Positions 21,619-32,045 are shown, numbered from the stretch's first letter. The stretch is DNA of 64,000 nt from an uncultured Clostridium sp. (GCA_900553225.1 USCV01000001.1:2717-66716); one strand, 5' to 3'. Program-made: numbers and translations. Notes: a model not told the origin generated them from the sequence alone.

Positions 21619-22485
21619 ATGATAACGGTATTTACACCTACTTACAATAGAAAAGATGAATTAATAAATTTATACAAATCCTTATTGGAACAGGAATTTA
21701 AAGATTTCGAATGGGTAATTGTTGATGATGGTTCAAAAGACAATACAGAAGAAACAGTTAAAAATTTTATTAAAGAAAATAAAATAAAAATAAATTATTA
21801 TAAACAAGAAAATAAAGGAAAGAGTTTAGCTCATAATAAGGGAGTAGAATTAGCACAAGGTGAATACTTTGTAGGAATTGATTCAGATGACATTTTTGCT
21901 CAAGATGCATTAAAAAAAATTCATAAATATTTTGAAATAATAAAAGAGAAAAGTGACATTTGTGGAATATGTTTTTTAAATTATAAAAAAGGTACAAACC
22001 AAATAATTGGGCATAAATTTCCACAGGATGAAATGGTGGATACTTATTATAATTTATATCATAAACACAAAATTACTGGTGACAAAGAAATGGTTTTTAA
22101 AACTAGTGTGTTGAAGGAATTTCCATTTCCTATATATGAAAATGAAAAATTCGTACCAGAAGCATTAGTATTTAACAGAATATGTAAAAAGTATTTATTT
22201 TTATGTATTAATGAGCCCGTTATTTACAAAAAGTATTTAATTGAAGGCTATAGCGCAAATTATTTTAATTTAGCAAAGAAAAATCCAAGAGGACAAATGA
22301 CTTATTATAAAGAATTATATGATTTGGAACCTACAAATTACAATATTGCAGCATATAATATGTATTCAATATATGCAAAATATGGATTTATAAAGACAAT
22401 AAAAGAGCATCCAGCGAAAATTAAATGTTTAGCTATGTATATACCAGCATATATAAAGTACTTACAAAAGGAGAGAAAAAAATGA
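21619..22485 (+). CDS. GT2 glycosyltransferase
   Basis: ITVFTPTYNRKDEL...WVIVDDGSKDNTEE...GIDSDD. Confidence 0.8.
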   Translation: MITVFTPTYNRKDELINLYKSLLEQEFKDFEWVIVDDGSKDNTEETVKNFIKENKIKINYYKQENKGKSLAHNKGVELAQGEYFVGIDSDDIFAQDALKKIHKYFEIIKEKSDICGICFLNYKKGTNQIIGHKFPQDEMVDTYYNLYHKHKITGDKEMVFKTSVLKEFPFPIYENEKFVPEALVFNRICKKYLFLCINEPVIYKKYLIEGYSANYFNLAKKNPRGQMTYYKELYDLEPTNYNIAAYNMYSIYAKYGFIKTIKEHPAKIKCLAMYIPAYIKYLQKERKK

Positions 22486-23558
22486 AAAAAATAATGTTTT
22501 TTGGATATACATTGGAAGTTGGAGGGGCAGAAAAAGTATTAGTTGATTATATTAATGAACTACAAGATAAATATGAAATTACATTAGTTTTATTGCAAAA
22601 AAAAGGAGAATTTTTAGAGAGTGTTCCTAAAAATATTAAAATAATACAGTTAAGAAATAATAACTTACAATATGTTCTTTTTAGATATATTCCATTTATA
22701 AGAAAAAGAAAAATAAATAGAATTGTTGAAAAAGAAAATTGCGATATAGCAATAGGCTTCTTTGAAGGAAGAAGTGCTACATGGGTTGCGGACATTAAGA
22801 AGAAAGTAAGAAAGCTTGCATGGATACACAATGATGTTAACAAATTTGATATAGGAATTTCGGAAAAAGAAATAATAGATACATATAATAAAATGGATAA
22901 AATCATTACTGTATCTGAAGTAGCTAAAGAGAGTTTATGCAAAAAATATAATTTTAATAAAGAAAAAATCGAAGTATTATACAATCTAATAGACGAGCAA
23001 AGTATTATTGAAAAGTCTAGAGAAGTGGTTCCTAGAAATGATGTCTTTACTTTTGTAAATGTTGGAAAAATGCGACCTCAAAAAAGACAAGATAGATTAA
23101 TAGAAATTGCAAGAGACTTAAAAAATGAAAATTATAAATTTAAAATTCAGATAATTGGAAATGGACCAGAAGAAGAAAAGATTAAGAATCTTGTCAAAGA
23201 ATATAAGGTTGAAGATGTTGTTGAATTATTAGGATTAAAACTTAATCCTTATCCGTACATTAAGCAAGCAGATTGTATTGTGGTTTCAAGTGATTTTGAA
23301 GGATATAGTGTTGCAATTAAAGAAGCATTACTACTAAAAAAGGCAGTTGTTTCGACAAATGTATCTGGTGTATCGGAAATGTTTGATAATGAAAAATATG
23401 GAATATCAACCGAAATTTCTACTCAGGATTTAGAAAAAACAATGAAGAAGGTACTAGATGGAACTATAGATATAAAAAAAATAGAAAATAATTTAGAAAA
23501 ATTTGATTGCGGAAATAATCAAATTATACAAAAACTTATAAAATTGATAGAGGGATAG
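22482..23558 (+). CDS. GT4 glycosyltransferase
   Basis: ATGA overlap with the upstream gene and an AAAGGAGAG RBS. FGYTLEVGGAEKVL N-terminus and EGYSVAIKEALLL C-terminal block. Confidence 0.75.
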   Translation: MKKIMFFGYTLEVGGAEKVLVDYINELQDKYEITLVLLQKKGEFLESVPKNIKIIQLRNNNLQYVLFRYIPFIRKRKINRIVEKENCDIAIGFFEGRSATWVADIKKKVRKLAWIHNDVNKFDIGISEKEIIDTYNKMDKIITVSEVAKESLCKKYNFNKEKIEVLYNLIDEQSIIEKSREVVPRNDVFTFVNVGKMRPQKRQDRLIEIARDLKNENYKFKIQIIGNGPEEEKIKNLVKEYKVEDVVELLGLKLNPYPYIKQADCIVVSSDFEGYSVAIKEALLLKKAVVSTNVSGVSEMFDNEKYGISTEISTQDLEKTMKKVLDGTIDIKKIENNLEKFDCGNNQIIQKLIKLIEG

Positions 23559-23566
23559 ATAGTAGG

Positions 23567-25771
23567 ATGGAAAATATAAAAAACAAGATAAAAACAATTA
23601 TTAATGTTAAAGTTATTACAAAGTTAGTATTATTTTTTATAATACTACAACCTATTTTTGATATATTATCATTTTTAAATATTAGAGGTTATATTCCAGT
23701 TGGAATATCAACAATCATAAAACCATTATTTGTATTTGGAATAGGTCTTATAATTTATTTTATAGATAAAAAACAAAGAAAATCTTACACCAAAATATTT
23801 GTTGGATATGGAATTTTAATATTGATACATAGCATTATTTTAAAGGATATAATGGTATCTAATTCTGTAATATTACATGAATTAAGATTTATGATTAATA
23901 TAGCATATATGATTGTAATGTTTATGATTATGGACTATGTATACATAAATAATGAAGACAAAACAGAATTTATTAATAAATTAAAGAAAACATTAGTAAT
24001 TACATTTCTAATATATACAATTACAATTGTTTTAGCTGTTATAACAGGTACATCTGCTAAAACATATGAATATTCTGATGCAACTAAACAAGGATATAAG
24101 GGTTGGCTAGATTCTGGACAGATTTTTGGGCACGCTTTATCAATTACATTACCTTTTATGATTTATTACTTGTTAAAATATGATTGGAAAAATAAAATAA
24201 TCAATATTTTAAGTAGGGTTTGTATCATCTTACCAGTAGGCGTTTTACTTTTAATTGGAACAAAAGTAACATTCTTTATTGCACTATTAGTTCTAATATC
24301 ACATGTAATATTAGATGGTATTTACTTTATAAAAAAAAGGCAAAGAAAAGACTTATTTTCAAGTATAGCTTGTTTGATATTACTAATATTATCAATTAGT
24401 ATATATCCATATTTACCAGTAAAAAAGAATATTGATATTAATAATAATGTTTTATCAGTTGATATGTCTGGTATTGAAAAAGGTAGTGAAACAAACAGAA
24501 AAGATTTAATAAAAATGAAAGAAAATATTAGTAAAGGTGAAAGCAATACTAATAGAACAAAATTTCAAGATGAAAGATTAAAAAGAATAGAAAAGTATTA
24601 TATGTGGGATTATAAGTCATCTACATTACTAGAAAATAAATATGCAACAGGAGAATTACATCCTAGTGACATGAGAGCAAGACAATTAGTCTACAATTTG
24701 AATAAGTATAAATTATCATCAATTCAATATAAATTATTTGGTCTTGGATATTTAAATCAACCAGAAGCATTATCAATAGAAAGAGACATTTTTATGATAA
24801 TATTTAGTTTTGGTATTATTGGATTTTTGACTGTATTACTAAAGCCAATATTAATTTGGTTGAAGTCAACATTTAAGATTTTAAAAAATTTCAAGGAAAT
24901 TGAATTAGATACATTATATTTATATGAAGGTCTTTCAATATTTTTCTGTATAAGTATTTATGCTGGATACACATTTATATATACAAACTTTTCAATATTC
25001 CTTGTAATTATTGCACTGTTATTAAGAGATAGTTTTAGAAAATATAGTAAAAATAGTTTTAATAAATATTTTGACAAAATCTATAAAAATGGAAGAACAG
25101 AGTTTTATTCAGAATTAGAAGAAAAAATTACTAAAAATGAAAAGCAATTTATTGTTACTGCAAATCCAGAAACACTAATGCAATCTGAAAAAGATGAAGA
25201 ATTAAGAAAAGCAGTATTAGATGATAAAACGGTTATAATACCTGATGGTGTTGGAATAATAAAGGGAGCAGATAAATTGAATTATCAAATTAAAGAAACC
25301 ATTTTAGGTGTTGACGTAGCTAATAAACTATTAGAATTAGCAGATAAACATAATAAAAAGGTGTTCTTGTTTGGAGCAAAAAAAGAAACAATTGAAAAAA
25401 TGCAACAAGTTATAAAAGAAAAATATAGTAGCTGTAATCTTGTAGGAGCTATCGATGGTTATGTAAACAACAAGGATGAAGTGTTTGAAAAAATAAAGGA
25501 AGCAAATCCAGATGTTGTTTTAGTTGCACTTGGAATACCAAATCAAGAAAAACTTATATATAAAAATCTTAGTAAATTTGAAAAAGGAATATTTGTAGGA
25601 GTTGGTGGAAGTTTTGATGTAATTAGTGGATGCAAGAAGAGAGCTCCAAAGATATTTATAAAATTAAAATTAGAATGGTTATATAGAATTACAGTAGAAC
25701 CAAGTAGATTAAAGAGATTTTATGAAAGTAATATTAAATATTTATTTAAGATAAATAATGATGTAATATAA
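23567..25771 (+). CDS. Two-domain protein: N-terminal O-antigen ligase/polymerase-like polytopic membrane domain (Wzy_C-like, large extracytoplasmic loop) fused to a C-terminal WecG/TagA/CpsF family GT26 (ManNAc/GlcNAc transferase) domain
   Basis: About 500 aa with around 10 TM helices and a roughly 120-aa hydrophilic loop. The C-terminal 230 aa IVTANPETLMQ...DGVGII...VFLFGAKKET...VLVALGIPNQE...GVGGSFDVISG...RAP..LEWLYRI..EPSRLKRF is a full GT26 domain. Confidence 0.75.
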   Translation: MENIKNKIKTIINVKVITKLVLFFIILQPIFDILSFLNIRGYIPVGISTIIKPLFVFGIGLIIYFIDKKQRKSYTKIFVGYGILILIHSIILKDIMVSNSVILHELRFMINIAYMIVMFMIMDYVYINNEDKTEFINKLKKTLVITFLIYTITIVLAVITGTSAKTYEYSDATKQGYKGWLDSGQIFGHALSITLPFMIYYLLKYDWKNKIINILSRVCIILPVGVLLLIGTKVTFFIALLVLISHVILDGIYFIKKRQRKDLFSSIACLILLILSISIYPYLPVKKNIDINNNVLSVDMSGIEKGSETNRKDLIKMKENISKGESNTNRTKFQDERLKRIEKYYMWDYKSSTLLENKYATGELHPSDMRARQLVYNLNKYKLSSIQYKLFGLGYLNQPEALSIERDIFMIIFSFGIIGFLTVLLKPILIWLKSTFKILKNFKEIELDTLYLYEGLSIFFCISIYAGYTFIYTNFSIFLVIIALLLRDSFRKYSKNSFNKYFDKIYKNGRTEFYSELEEKITKNEKQFIVTANPETLMQSEKDEELRKAVLDDKTVIIPDGVGIIKGADKLNYQIKETILGVDVANKLLELADKHNKKVFLFGAKKETIEKMQQVIKEKYSSCNLVGAIDGYVNNKDEVFEKIKEANPDVVLVALGIPNQEKLIYKNLSKFEKGIFVGVGGSFDVISGCKKRAPKIFIKLKLEWLYRITVEPSRLKRFYESNIKYLFKINNDVI

Positions 25772-25798
25772 AAATAAAAGGATTGAAAGAGGAAAAAA

Positions 25799-26902
25799 AT
25801 GATTAAAGTAATGACGGTTTTTGGAACAAGACCTGAAGCTATAAAAATGGCTCCATTGGTTAAAGAATTAAAATCAAGAAAGGAAATAGAATGTATTGTT
25901 TGTGTAACTGCACAACATAGGCAAATGTTAGATCAAGTATTACATACTTTCAATATAGTTCCAGATTATGATTTAGATATTATGAAACAAGGACAAACTT
26001 TAAGTGATATAACATCTAGAGCTTTAAAAGGTTTAGAAGAGGTAATACAAAAAGTAAAACCTAATATAGTTTTAGTTCATGGAGATACAACAACAACTTT
26101 TGCTGGAGCACTTGCAGCATATTATTCTCAAGTTGATGTTGGACATGTTGAGGCAGGGTTAAGAACTTGGAATAAATATTCTCCATTTCCAGAGGAAATG
26201 AATAGGCAGATGGTAGGCGTAATTGCAGATATGCACTTTGCTCCTACAGAAAATAGCAAAAATAGTTTACTAAAAGAAGGCAAAAAAATAGAAAATATTT
26301 TTGTTACAGGAAATACTGCAATTGATGCTCTTTCTACAACTGTTGATCAAAATTATAAAAATGAAATTTTGGATTGGATTGGAAAAGATAGAATGATTCT
26401 TATAACAGCACATAGAAGAGAAAACTTAGGAGAGCCAATGAGAGGAATGTTTAAGGCAATTAAAAGGATTATTGATGAGTTCCCCGATGTAAAGGCTGTA
26501 TATCCCGTACATTTGAATCCAAAAGTAAGAGAAGTTGCAAATGAAGTGTTTGGTGATGATAACAAAATAAAATTAATAGATCCACTAGAAGTAATTGATT
26601 TTCATAACTTTTTAGCAAAATCTTATTTAATACTAACAGATAGCGGTGGTATTCAAGAAGAAGCTCCGTCATTAGGAAAACCTGTTTTAGTATTAAGAGA
26701 TACAACGGAAAGGCCAGAGGGAATAACAGCAGGAACATTAAAGCTTGCAGGAACAGATGAAGAAACAATATATAAACTAACAAAAGAATTACTTGAAAAT
26801 AATGAAGAATATGAAAAAATGAGTAAAGCATCAAATCCATATGGTGATGGAAAAGCAAGCAAGAGAATCGTTGACGCTATTATAAGAAAATATGGAAATT
26901 AG
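25799..26902 (+). CDS. mnaA: UDP-N-acetylglucosamine 2-epimerase (non-hydrolysing)
   Basis: MIKVMTVFGTRPEAIKMAPLV and full-length conservation with WecB/MnaA. Confidence 0.9.
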   Translation: MIKVMTVFGTRPEAIKMAPLVKELKSRKEIECIVCVTAQHRQMLDQVLHTFNIVPDYDLDIMKQGQTLSDITSRALKGLEEVIQKVKPNIVLVHGDTTTTFAGALAAYYSQVDVGHVEAGLRTWNKYSPFPEEMNRQMVGVIADMHFAPTENSKNSLLKEGKKIENIFVTGNTAIDALSTTVDQNYKNEILDWIGKDRMILITAHRRENLGEPMRGMFKAIKRIIDEFPDVKAVYPVHLNPKVREVANEVFGDDNKIKLIDPLEVIDFHNFLAKSYLILTDSGGIQEEAPSLGKPVLVLRDTTERPEGITAGTLKLAGTDEETIYKLTKELLENNEEYEKMSKASNPYGDGKASKRIVDAIIRKYGN

Positions 26903-26984
26903 CTGTAAAAAAAGTAAGACATTATTCAATATTTTAAAATGAAACTTTTGAAATCAAATTATAAAAAAGAATGTGAGTTATGGT

Positions 26985-27990
26985 ATGAAAAATGAGAGAA
27001 TAATTAACCCAGAAACTATCAATTCTGGAGAAGAAAAACTAGAAACATCATTAAGACCACAAGTTTTAAGTGAATATATAGGACAAACTAAAGTAAAAGA
27101 AAACATGAAAATATATATAGAGGCTGCCAAAAAAAGAGGTGAGCCTCTTGACCATGTTTTACTATATGGACCTCCAGGACTTGGAAAAACAACACTTTCA
27201 AATATAATTGCAAATGAAATGAATGCAAAAATAAAAATAACATCAGGGCCTGCGATAGAGAAAACAGGAGATTTAGCATCAATTCTTACAAGTTTAAATG
27301 AAAATGATATATTATTTATAGATGAAATCCATAGGATTAACAAAAATGTTGAAGAAATATTATATCCAGCTTTAGAAGACTTTACATTAGACATTATGAT
27401 AGGAAAAGGACCAACTGCGAAATCAATTAGAATTGATTTACCAAAGTTTACTTTAATTGGAGCAACAACAAAAGCAGGGTCGCTTTCTACACCGCTAAGA
27501 GATCGCTTTCGGAATAGTACATAGATTAGAGTTATATAGTGTTGAAGACTTATGCATTATTGTAAAGCGTTCGGCAAGTATATTACAAATTGAAATAGAA
27601 AATAATGCGGCAATGGAAATTGCAAGACGTTCAAGAGGAACACCAAGAATTGCAAATAGACTGCTTAAAAGAGTAAGAGATTATGCACTTGTTTTGGGCG
27701 ATGGAAATATTACATTAGAAATAACAAAGCTTGCTCTTACAAGACTTGAAATAGATGAACTTGGACTTGATGAAATAGACAGAAAAATTTTGGAAACTTT
27801 AATTGTAAATTATCAAGGAAGACCAGTTGGTATTGATGCACTTGCAACTACAATTGGAGAAGAAGTAGATACAATTGAAGATGTATATGAACCATATTTA
27901 ATACAAATAGGCTTTATTTCAAGGACGGTAAGAGGAAGAATAGCTATGCCGGCAGCATATAAGCATTTAAAAATAGAATTTGAAGCATAA
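26985..27990 (+). CDS. ruvB: Holliday junction helicase RuvB, interrupted by a +1 frame break at in-frame CGG (27510-27512)
   Basis: N-terminal part is ...[10 protein letters not shown]...DEIHR...PLRDRF. Skipping C27510 continues [14 protein letters not shown]...[24 protein letters not shown], which otherwise appears as the separate ORF 27613..27990. Confidence 0.85.
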
Positions 27991-28017
27991 ATTATTAAAA
28001 ATTGATGGAGGGTTAAA

Positions 28018-28591
28018 ATGAAACTATTAATGCATACTTGTTGTGCTCCTTGTAGTATTTATTGTATAGAAACTTTAAGGAATGAGGGGATAGAGCCAAC
28101 TCTTTACTGGTATAATCCCAATATTCATCCATACAAAGAATACGAAGCAAGAAGAGATACTTTAAAGGAATATAGTAAAATGATAAACATAAATGCTATT
28201 TTTGAAGAAGATTATGGACTTAAGAATTTTTGCAAAAATGTAATAGATGATTTGGATAATAGATGCAGTAATTATTGTTACAAAGTACGTTTAGAGCAAA
28301 CTGCAAAATATGCAAAAGAACATGGCTATGATGCAATTACTACAACTCTTTTTGTAAGTCCATATCAAAAGCATGAAGCAATAAAAAAGATTGCAAGTGA
28401 AATTGCTAAAAAATATGACTTGGAATTTGTATACAGAGATTTTAGAGTTGGATTTAGAGAAGGACAAGCAAAAGCAAGAGAACTTCGGATTATATATGCA
28501 AAAATATTGCGGTTGTATATTTTCAGAGGAGGATAGATATAGTAAGCAAATAAAAAGAGATAGAGAAGATAATATAAACCATTCTATGTAA
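28018..28591 (+). CDS. queH: Epoxyqueuosine reductase QueH (DUF208), interrupted by a +1 frame break at in-frame CGG (28486-28488)
   Basis: CCAPCS N-terminus. ...FREGQAKAREL then, after skipping the C, GLYMQKYCGCIFSEE. The conserved C-terminal CGC motif is only reachable in the +1 frame. Confidence 0.8.
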
Positions 28592-28758
28592 ATCAAGGCT
28601 TTGATAAATAAGAGAAAACAATTAAAAATTTCTTTATAGATAATTATGAAGAAGAAATCAAAGACGGAGATTTTACTTGTACTGATGTTAATATATTATT
28701 CAAAAGATTTAAAGAAAAAATAAAAGATAACTAGTAATTTGAGAGTGAGGTTGATAGT

Positions 28759-29397
28759 ATGAAAGATGGAAAAATACCTAATCCAAATACAATAAATCCT
28801 ATTGCAGGATATGATAAAGAAATATATATAAAGCCAACAATAAAGAATAAGAATATTATTGTAGGAGATTTTTCATATATTGCAGATTCTGATTTCGAAA
28901 GTCATGTAACACATCATTACGAATGGAATAATGATAAGTTAAATATAGGAAAGTTTTGTCAGATAGCTTCAGGTGTTGAATTTGTTATGAATGGAGCAAA
29001 TCATCAAATGAATGCAGTTTCGACATTTCCGTTTTATACTTTAGAAGGATGGAAACAAACACCACCAACACGAAATGACTTACCAATAAAGGGAGATACT
29101 ATCATTGCCAATGATGTATGGATAGGACAAAATGCAACTATTCTTCCAGGAGTTCATATTGGAGATGGTGCAATAATTGGTGCTAATAGTGTTGTTGGAA
29201 GTAATGTTGAACCATATACAATAGTTGTAGGAAATCCTGCAAAAGCGTTAAGAAAAAGATTTGATGAAGAACTAATTGATATTATGGAAAAATTAAAGTG
29301 GTGGGATAAAAGTATAGAAGAAATAAATAATTTAATTCCTTTACTAACAAACAGCAATTTAGAGTATGTAAAAGAAGAATTAAAGAAATTGTTATAG
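28759..29397 (+). CDS. Xenobiotic acetyltransferase of the Vat (streptogramin A acetyltransferase) family; hexapeptide-repeat
   Basis: DKLNIGKFCQIASGVEFVMNGANHQMNAVSTFPF...LPIKGDTIIANDVWIGQNATILPGVHIGDGAIIGANSVV...GNPAKALRKRFDEELIDIMEKLKWW aligns closely with Vat(D)/SatA-type enzymes. Confidence 0.7.
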   Translation: MKDGKIPNPNTINPIAGYDKEIYIKPTIKNKNIIVGDFSYIADSDFESHVTHHYEWNNDKLNIGKFCQIASGVEFVMNGANHQMNAVSTFPFYTLEGWKQTPPTRNDLPIKGDTIIANDVWIGQNATILPGVHIGDGAIIGANSVVGSNVEPYTIVVGNPAKALRKRFDEELIDIMEKLKWWDKSIEEINNLIPLLTNSNLEYVKEELKKLL

Positions 29398-29619
29398 TTA
29401 CAAATTAAAAGTTATAGAGAGAATATAAAACTGATAATGTATAAAGCAAAGGAAGAACGAGCATAAATCCTATAGAAAATTTGAAAGACTTAATAATATA
29501 TCAAAGTAAAAACAATGAAAATATATTAGTAGAAGTTTTATACGATTAGGAATATATAGTTTATATATTATGAGAGAAAAAAGATACGAATAATTTTTTG
29601 TTATGATTGGAGAAGAGTT

Positions 29620-30150
29620 ATGTCAGAAAAAGATAAAATGTTGGCAGGAGAATTATATGATACTAACTATGATAAAGAATTAATAAAAGATAGATATAAA
29701 GCTAAAGATATTTGCTTTGAATATAATAATTTAAAACCATCAGATTTTGAAAGCAAAGACAGAATAATTAAAAAATTATTTGCAGAAACAGGAAAGCAGA
29801 TAATAGTTGAACAGAACTTTTGGTGTGATTATGGTTATAATATTTCTGTTGGAGAAAATTTTTATATGAATCATAATTGTATAATATTAGATGGTGCAAA
29901 AGTAGAGTTTGGTGATAATGTATTTGTTGCACCTAATTGTGGTTTTTATACGGCAGGCCACCCTTTAGATTATGAAACTAGAAATAAAGGATTAGAATAT
30001 GCAAAGCCTATCAAAGTAGGAAATAATGTATGGATAGGTGGAAATGTCCAAAATGTAATAATGAAAAATTTGAAAGAGATCAATTTCAAGCTACTGGAGG
30101 AAATTTTGCAAAAATATTTGATGTGCAAAATAAAAAATTCATTACTATAA
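29620..30150 (+). pseudogene. maa: Maltose/galactoside O-acetyltransferase (Maa/LacA family), 3'-truncated: hexapeptide domain ends at ..KPIKVGNNVWIGGNV (about nt 30058) and the remaining ORF tail is unrelated
   Basis: N-terminus and core (CDYGYNISVGENFYMNHNC..GDNVFVAPNCGFYTAGHP) match Maa. The last ~45 aa of hexapeptide turns are missing. The breakpoint coincides with the start of the next gene. Confidence 0.65.
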
Positions 30151-30233
30151 GTTGTACGAAATGCGGTTATACAGAAATTTATAAAACTGAAACAGAAGCA
30201 GGAATGAATATATTAGATTTTTTACTAAATTAG
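30030..30233 (+). CDS. Small zinc-ribbon protein (CPKC...CTKCG), start embedded in the truncated maa
   Basis: MDRWKCPKCNNEKFERDQFQATGGNFAKIFDVQNKKFITISCTKCGYTEIY. Two CxxC pairs flank a TGG..F..DVQN.KF core, and the ATG lies within the maa codons for VWIGGN. Confidence 0.5.
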   Translation: MDRWKCPKCNNEKFERDQFQATGGNFAKIFDVQNKKFITISCTKCGYTEIYKTETEAGMNILDFLLN

Positions 30234-30329
30234 ATAAAATAAAAGAAACAGTGAAAAGTAATTAATTGAAAAAATAGATACTTTTATGGTCTTATAAATC
30301 TATATTTTATATATAAGAAGTGAGGAAAA

Positions 30330-31001
30330 ATGTCAAAAATATTAATAGTTGAAGATGATGAAAAATTACGAAATGAACTTGAAATTTTTCTTAACAATAA
30401 TGGGTATGAAGCATGTTGTTTAGAAAAGTTTGAGAATCCAATAGAAGATATATTAAAAGAAAATGCAGATTTGGTTTTATTAGATATAAATTTACCTAAT
30501 TCAGATGGAGAGTACATTTGTAAAAAGATAAGAAAATTATCAAATGTGCCAATAATAATGGTGACAAGTAGAGATAATGAAATTGATGAATTATTAAGTT
30601 TAAATAACGGAGCAGACCAATATGTAACTAAACCATATAATAGTCGAATTTTGCTTGCGAAAGTTTCTGGGCTACTTAAAAGAGTACAAAATATGGAAGC
30701 ATATCAAAATAGAATTAATTATAATGGGCTCACATTAGATATTTCTAAAAGCATTATAGAAAAGGAAAACGAAAAGATAGAATTAACTAAGAATGAGTTA
30801 AAGATATTTCACTTTCTTTTATTAAACAAGGATAAAATTATATCAAGAGACGAACTAATGGATTACTTGTGGGAAAGCGAAAGCTTTATAGATGATAATA
30901 CACTATCAGTAAACATGAAAAGACTAAGAAATAAGCTAGAAGATTTAGGAATGAAAGACTGTATAGAAACTAAAAGAGGACAGGGGTATATATTAAAATG
31001 A
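30330..31001 (+). CDS. OmpR-family response regulator (BceR-like)
   Basis: Receiver LIVEDDEKL...LLDINLPNSDG and a winged-helix C-terminus. Upstream of an HK and a Bce-type ABC pair. Confidence 0.85.
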   Translation: MSKILIVEDDEKLRNELEIFLNNNGYEACCLEKFENPIEDILKENADLVLLDINLPNSDGEYICKKIRKLSNVPIIMVTSRDNEIDELLSLNNGADQYVTKPYNSRILLAKVSGLLKRVQNMEAYQNRINYNGLTLDISKSIIEKENEKIELTKNELKIFHFLLLNKDKIISRDELMDYLWESESFIDDNTLSVNMKRLRNKLEDLGMKDCIETKRGQGYILK

Positions 31002-32020
31002 GTTTTAAGGAATATATAAAGGATAAAAGTATTTACATTTTAGTGTTATTATTTGTTGTAGCAACTTCTGAAATATTACTGATTCCATTTAGTATACACA
31101 AATTTGTAAAGATCTACATTGAGGTTATACCTGTTATGATGTTTTCTATTTGTTTCTTTATAGAATATTACAGAAAAAATAGATATTATAATAATTTGAA
31201 AGATAAGCTAGAAGATTTGAAAGAAAAATATCTAATAGCAGAAATTATTGAAACATCAAATTTTTCAGAAAGCAAAATTTTAAAAGAAATATTGCAAGAG
31301 ACAGGAAAATCAATGCTTGAAAATGTAAATAAGTACAAGCATTTAACAGAAGACTATAAAGAATATATTGAGTTATGGATACATGAGGTAAAAATACCTA
31401 TAGTTACAGGAAAAATGATTATAGAAAATAATAAAAACGAAGTAACAGAAAGTATAGATGAAGAATTAGACAAAATAGAAAATTATATAGAACAAGCTTT
31501 ATTTTATGCTAGAAGTAATGTACCAGAAAAAGACTATTATGTAAAGAAACAAAATTTAAAAGAGATTGTAAATACAGCAATATTAAAAAATAAAAGAAGC
31601 TTATTGCAAAATAAAGTAAAATTAAATTTGCACGAGTTAGATGGTCAAATATATACAGACTCTAAATGGTGTATTTTTATAATAAATCAAATAATACAAA
31701 ATGCAGTAAAGTACAGTAAATCTAGTAACAAAGAAATAGAAATGTTTGGCATAAATAATAAAGAAAATACAATTTTATGCATAAAAGATAATGGAATAGG
31801 CATAAAGAAGGGTGAAATTACAAGAGTATTTGAAAAAGGTTTTACTGGAACAAATGGTAGAAAAGTAGGACAAAAATCAACAGGAATGGGATTATATTTA
31901 TGTAAAAAATTATGTAATAAGTTAGGATTGAGAATAGAACTAGACTCAGAAGAAAATATTGGAACAGAAATAAGAATTGCATTTCCAAAAAGTAGTTTTA
32001 TACAAGATGCAATAGAATAA
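30998..32020 (+). CDS. Intramembrane-sensing histidine kinase (BceS-like)
   Basis: Two N-terminal TM helices with a minimal loop, H-box HEVKIPI, and an ATPase domain IKDNGIGI...GTNGRK...GMGLYLCKKL. ATGA overlap with the RR. Confidence 0.8.
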   Translation: MSFKEYIKDKSIYILVLLFVVATSEILLIPFSIHKFVKIYIEVIPVMMFSICFFIEYYRKNRYYNNLKDKLEDLKEKYLIAEIIETSNFSESKILKEILQETGKSMLENVNKYKHLTEDYKEYIELWIHEVKIPIVTGKMIIENNKNEVTESIDEELDKIENYIEQALFYARSNVPEKDYYVKKQNLKEIVNTAILKNKRSLLQNKVKLNLHELDGQIYTDSKWCIFIINQIIQNAVKYSKSSNKEIEMFGINNKENTILCIKDNGIGIKKGEITRVFEKGFTGTNGRKVGQKSTGMGLYLCKKLCNKLGLRIELDSEENIGTEIRIAFPKSSFIQDAIE

Positions 32021-32045
32021 TATGTAGAAAGGCTACCAGATTGAA

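Noticed and set aside
27613-27990. Stand-alone ORFs 27613..27990, 28391..28591, 32313..32954, 47813..49156, 53283..55555-type fragments, 58033..58569 and 61871..62356 reported by the ORF track.
   Set aside because: They are not independent genes. Each is the in-frame continuation of the upstream gene once the C of an in-frame CGG is skipped (ruvB, queH, bceA-like, ppdK, fic, lipoprotein, ackA).
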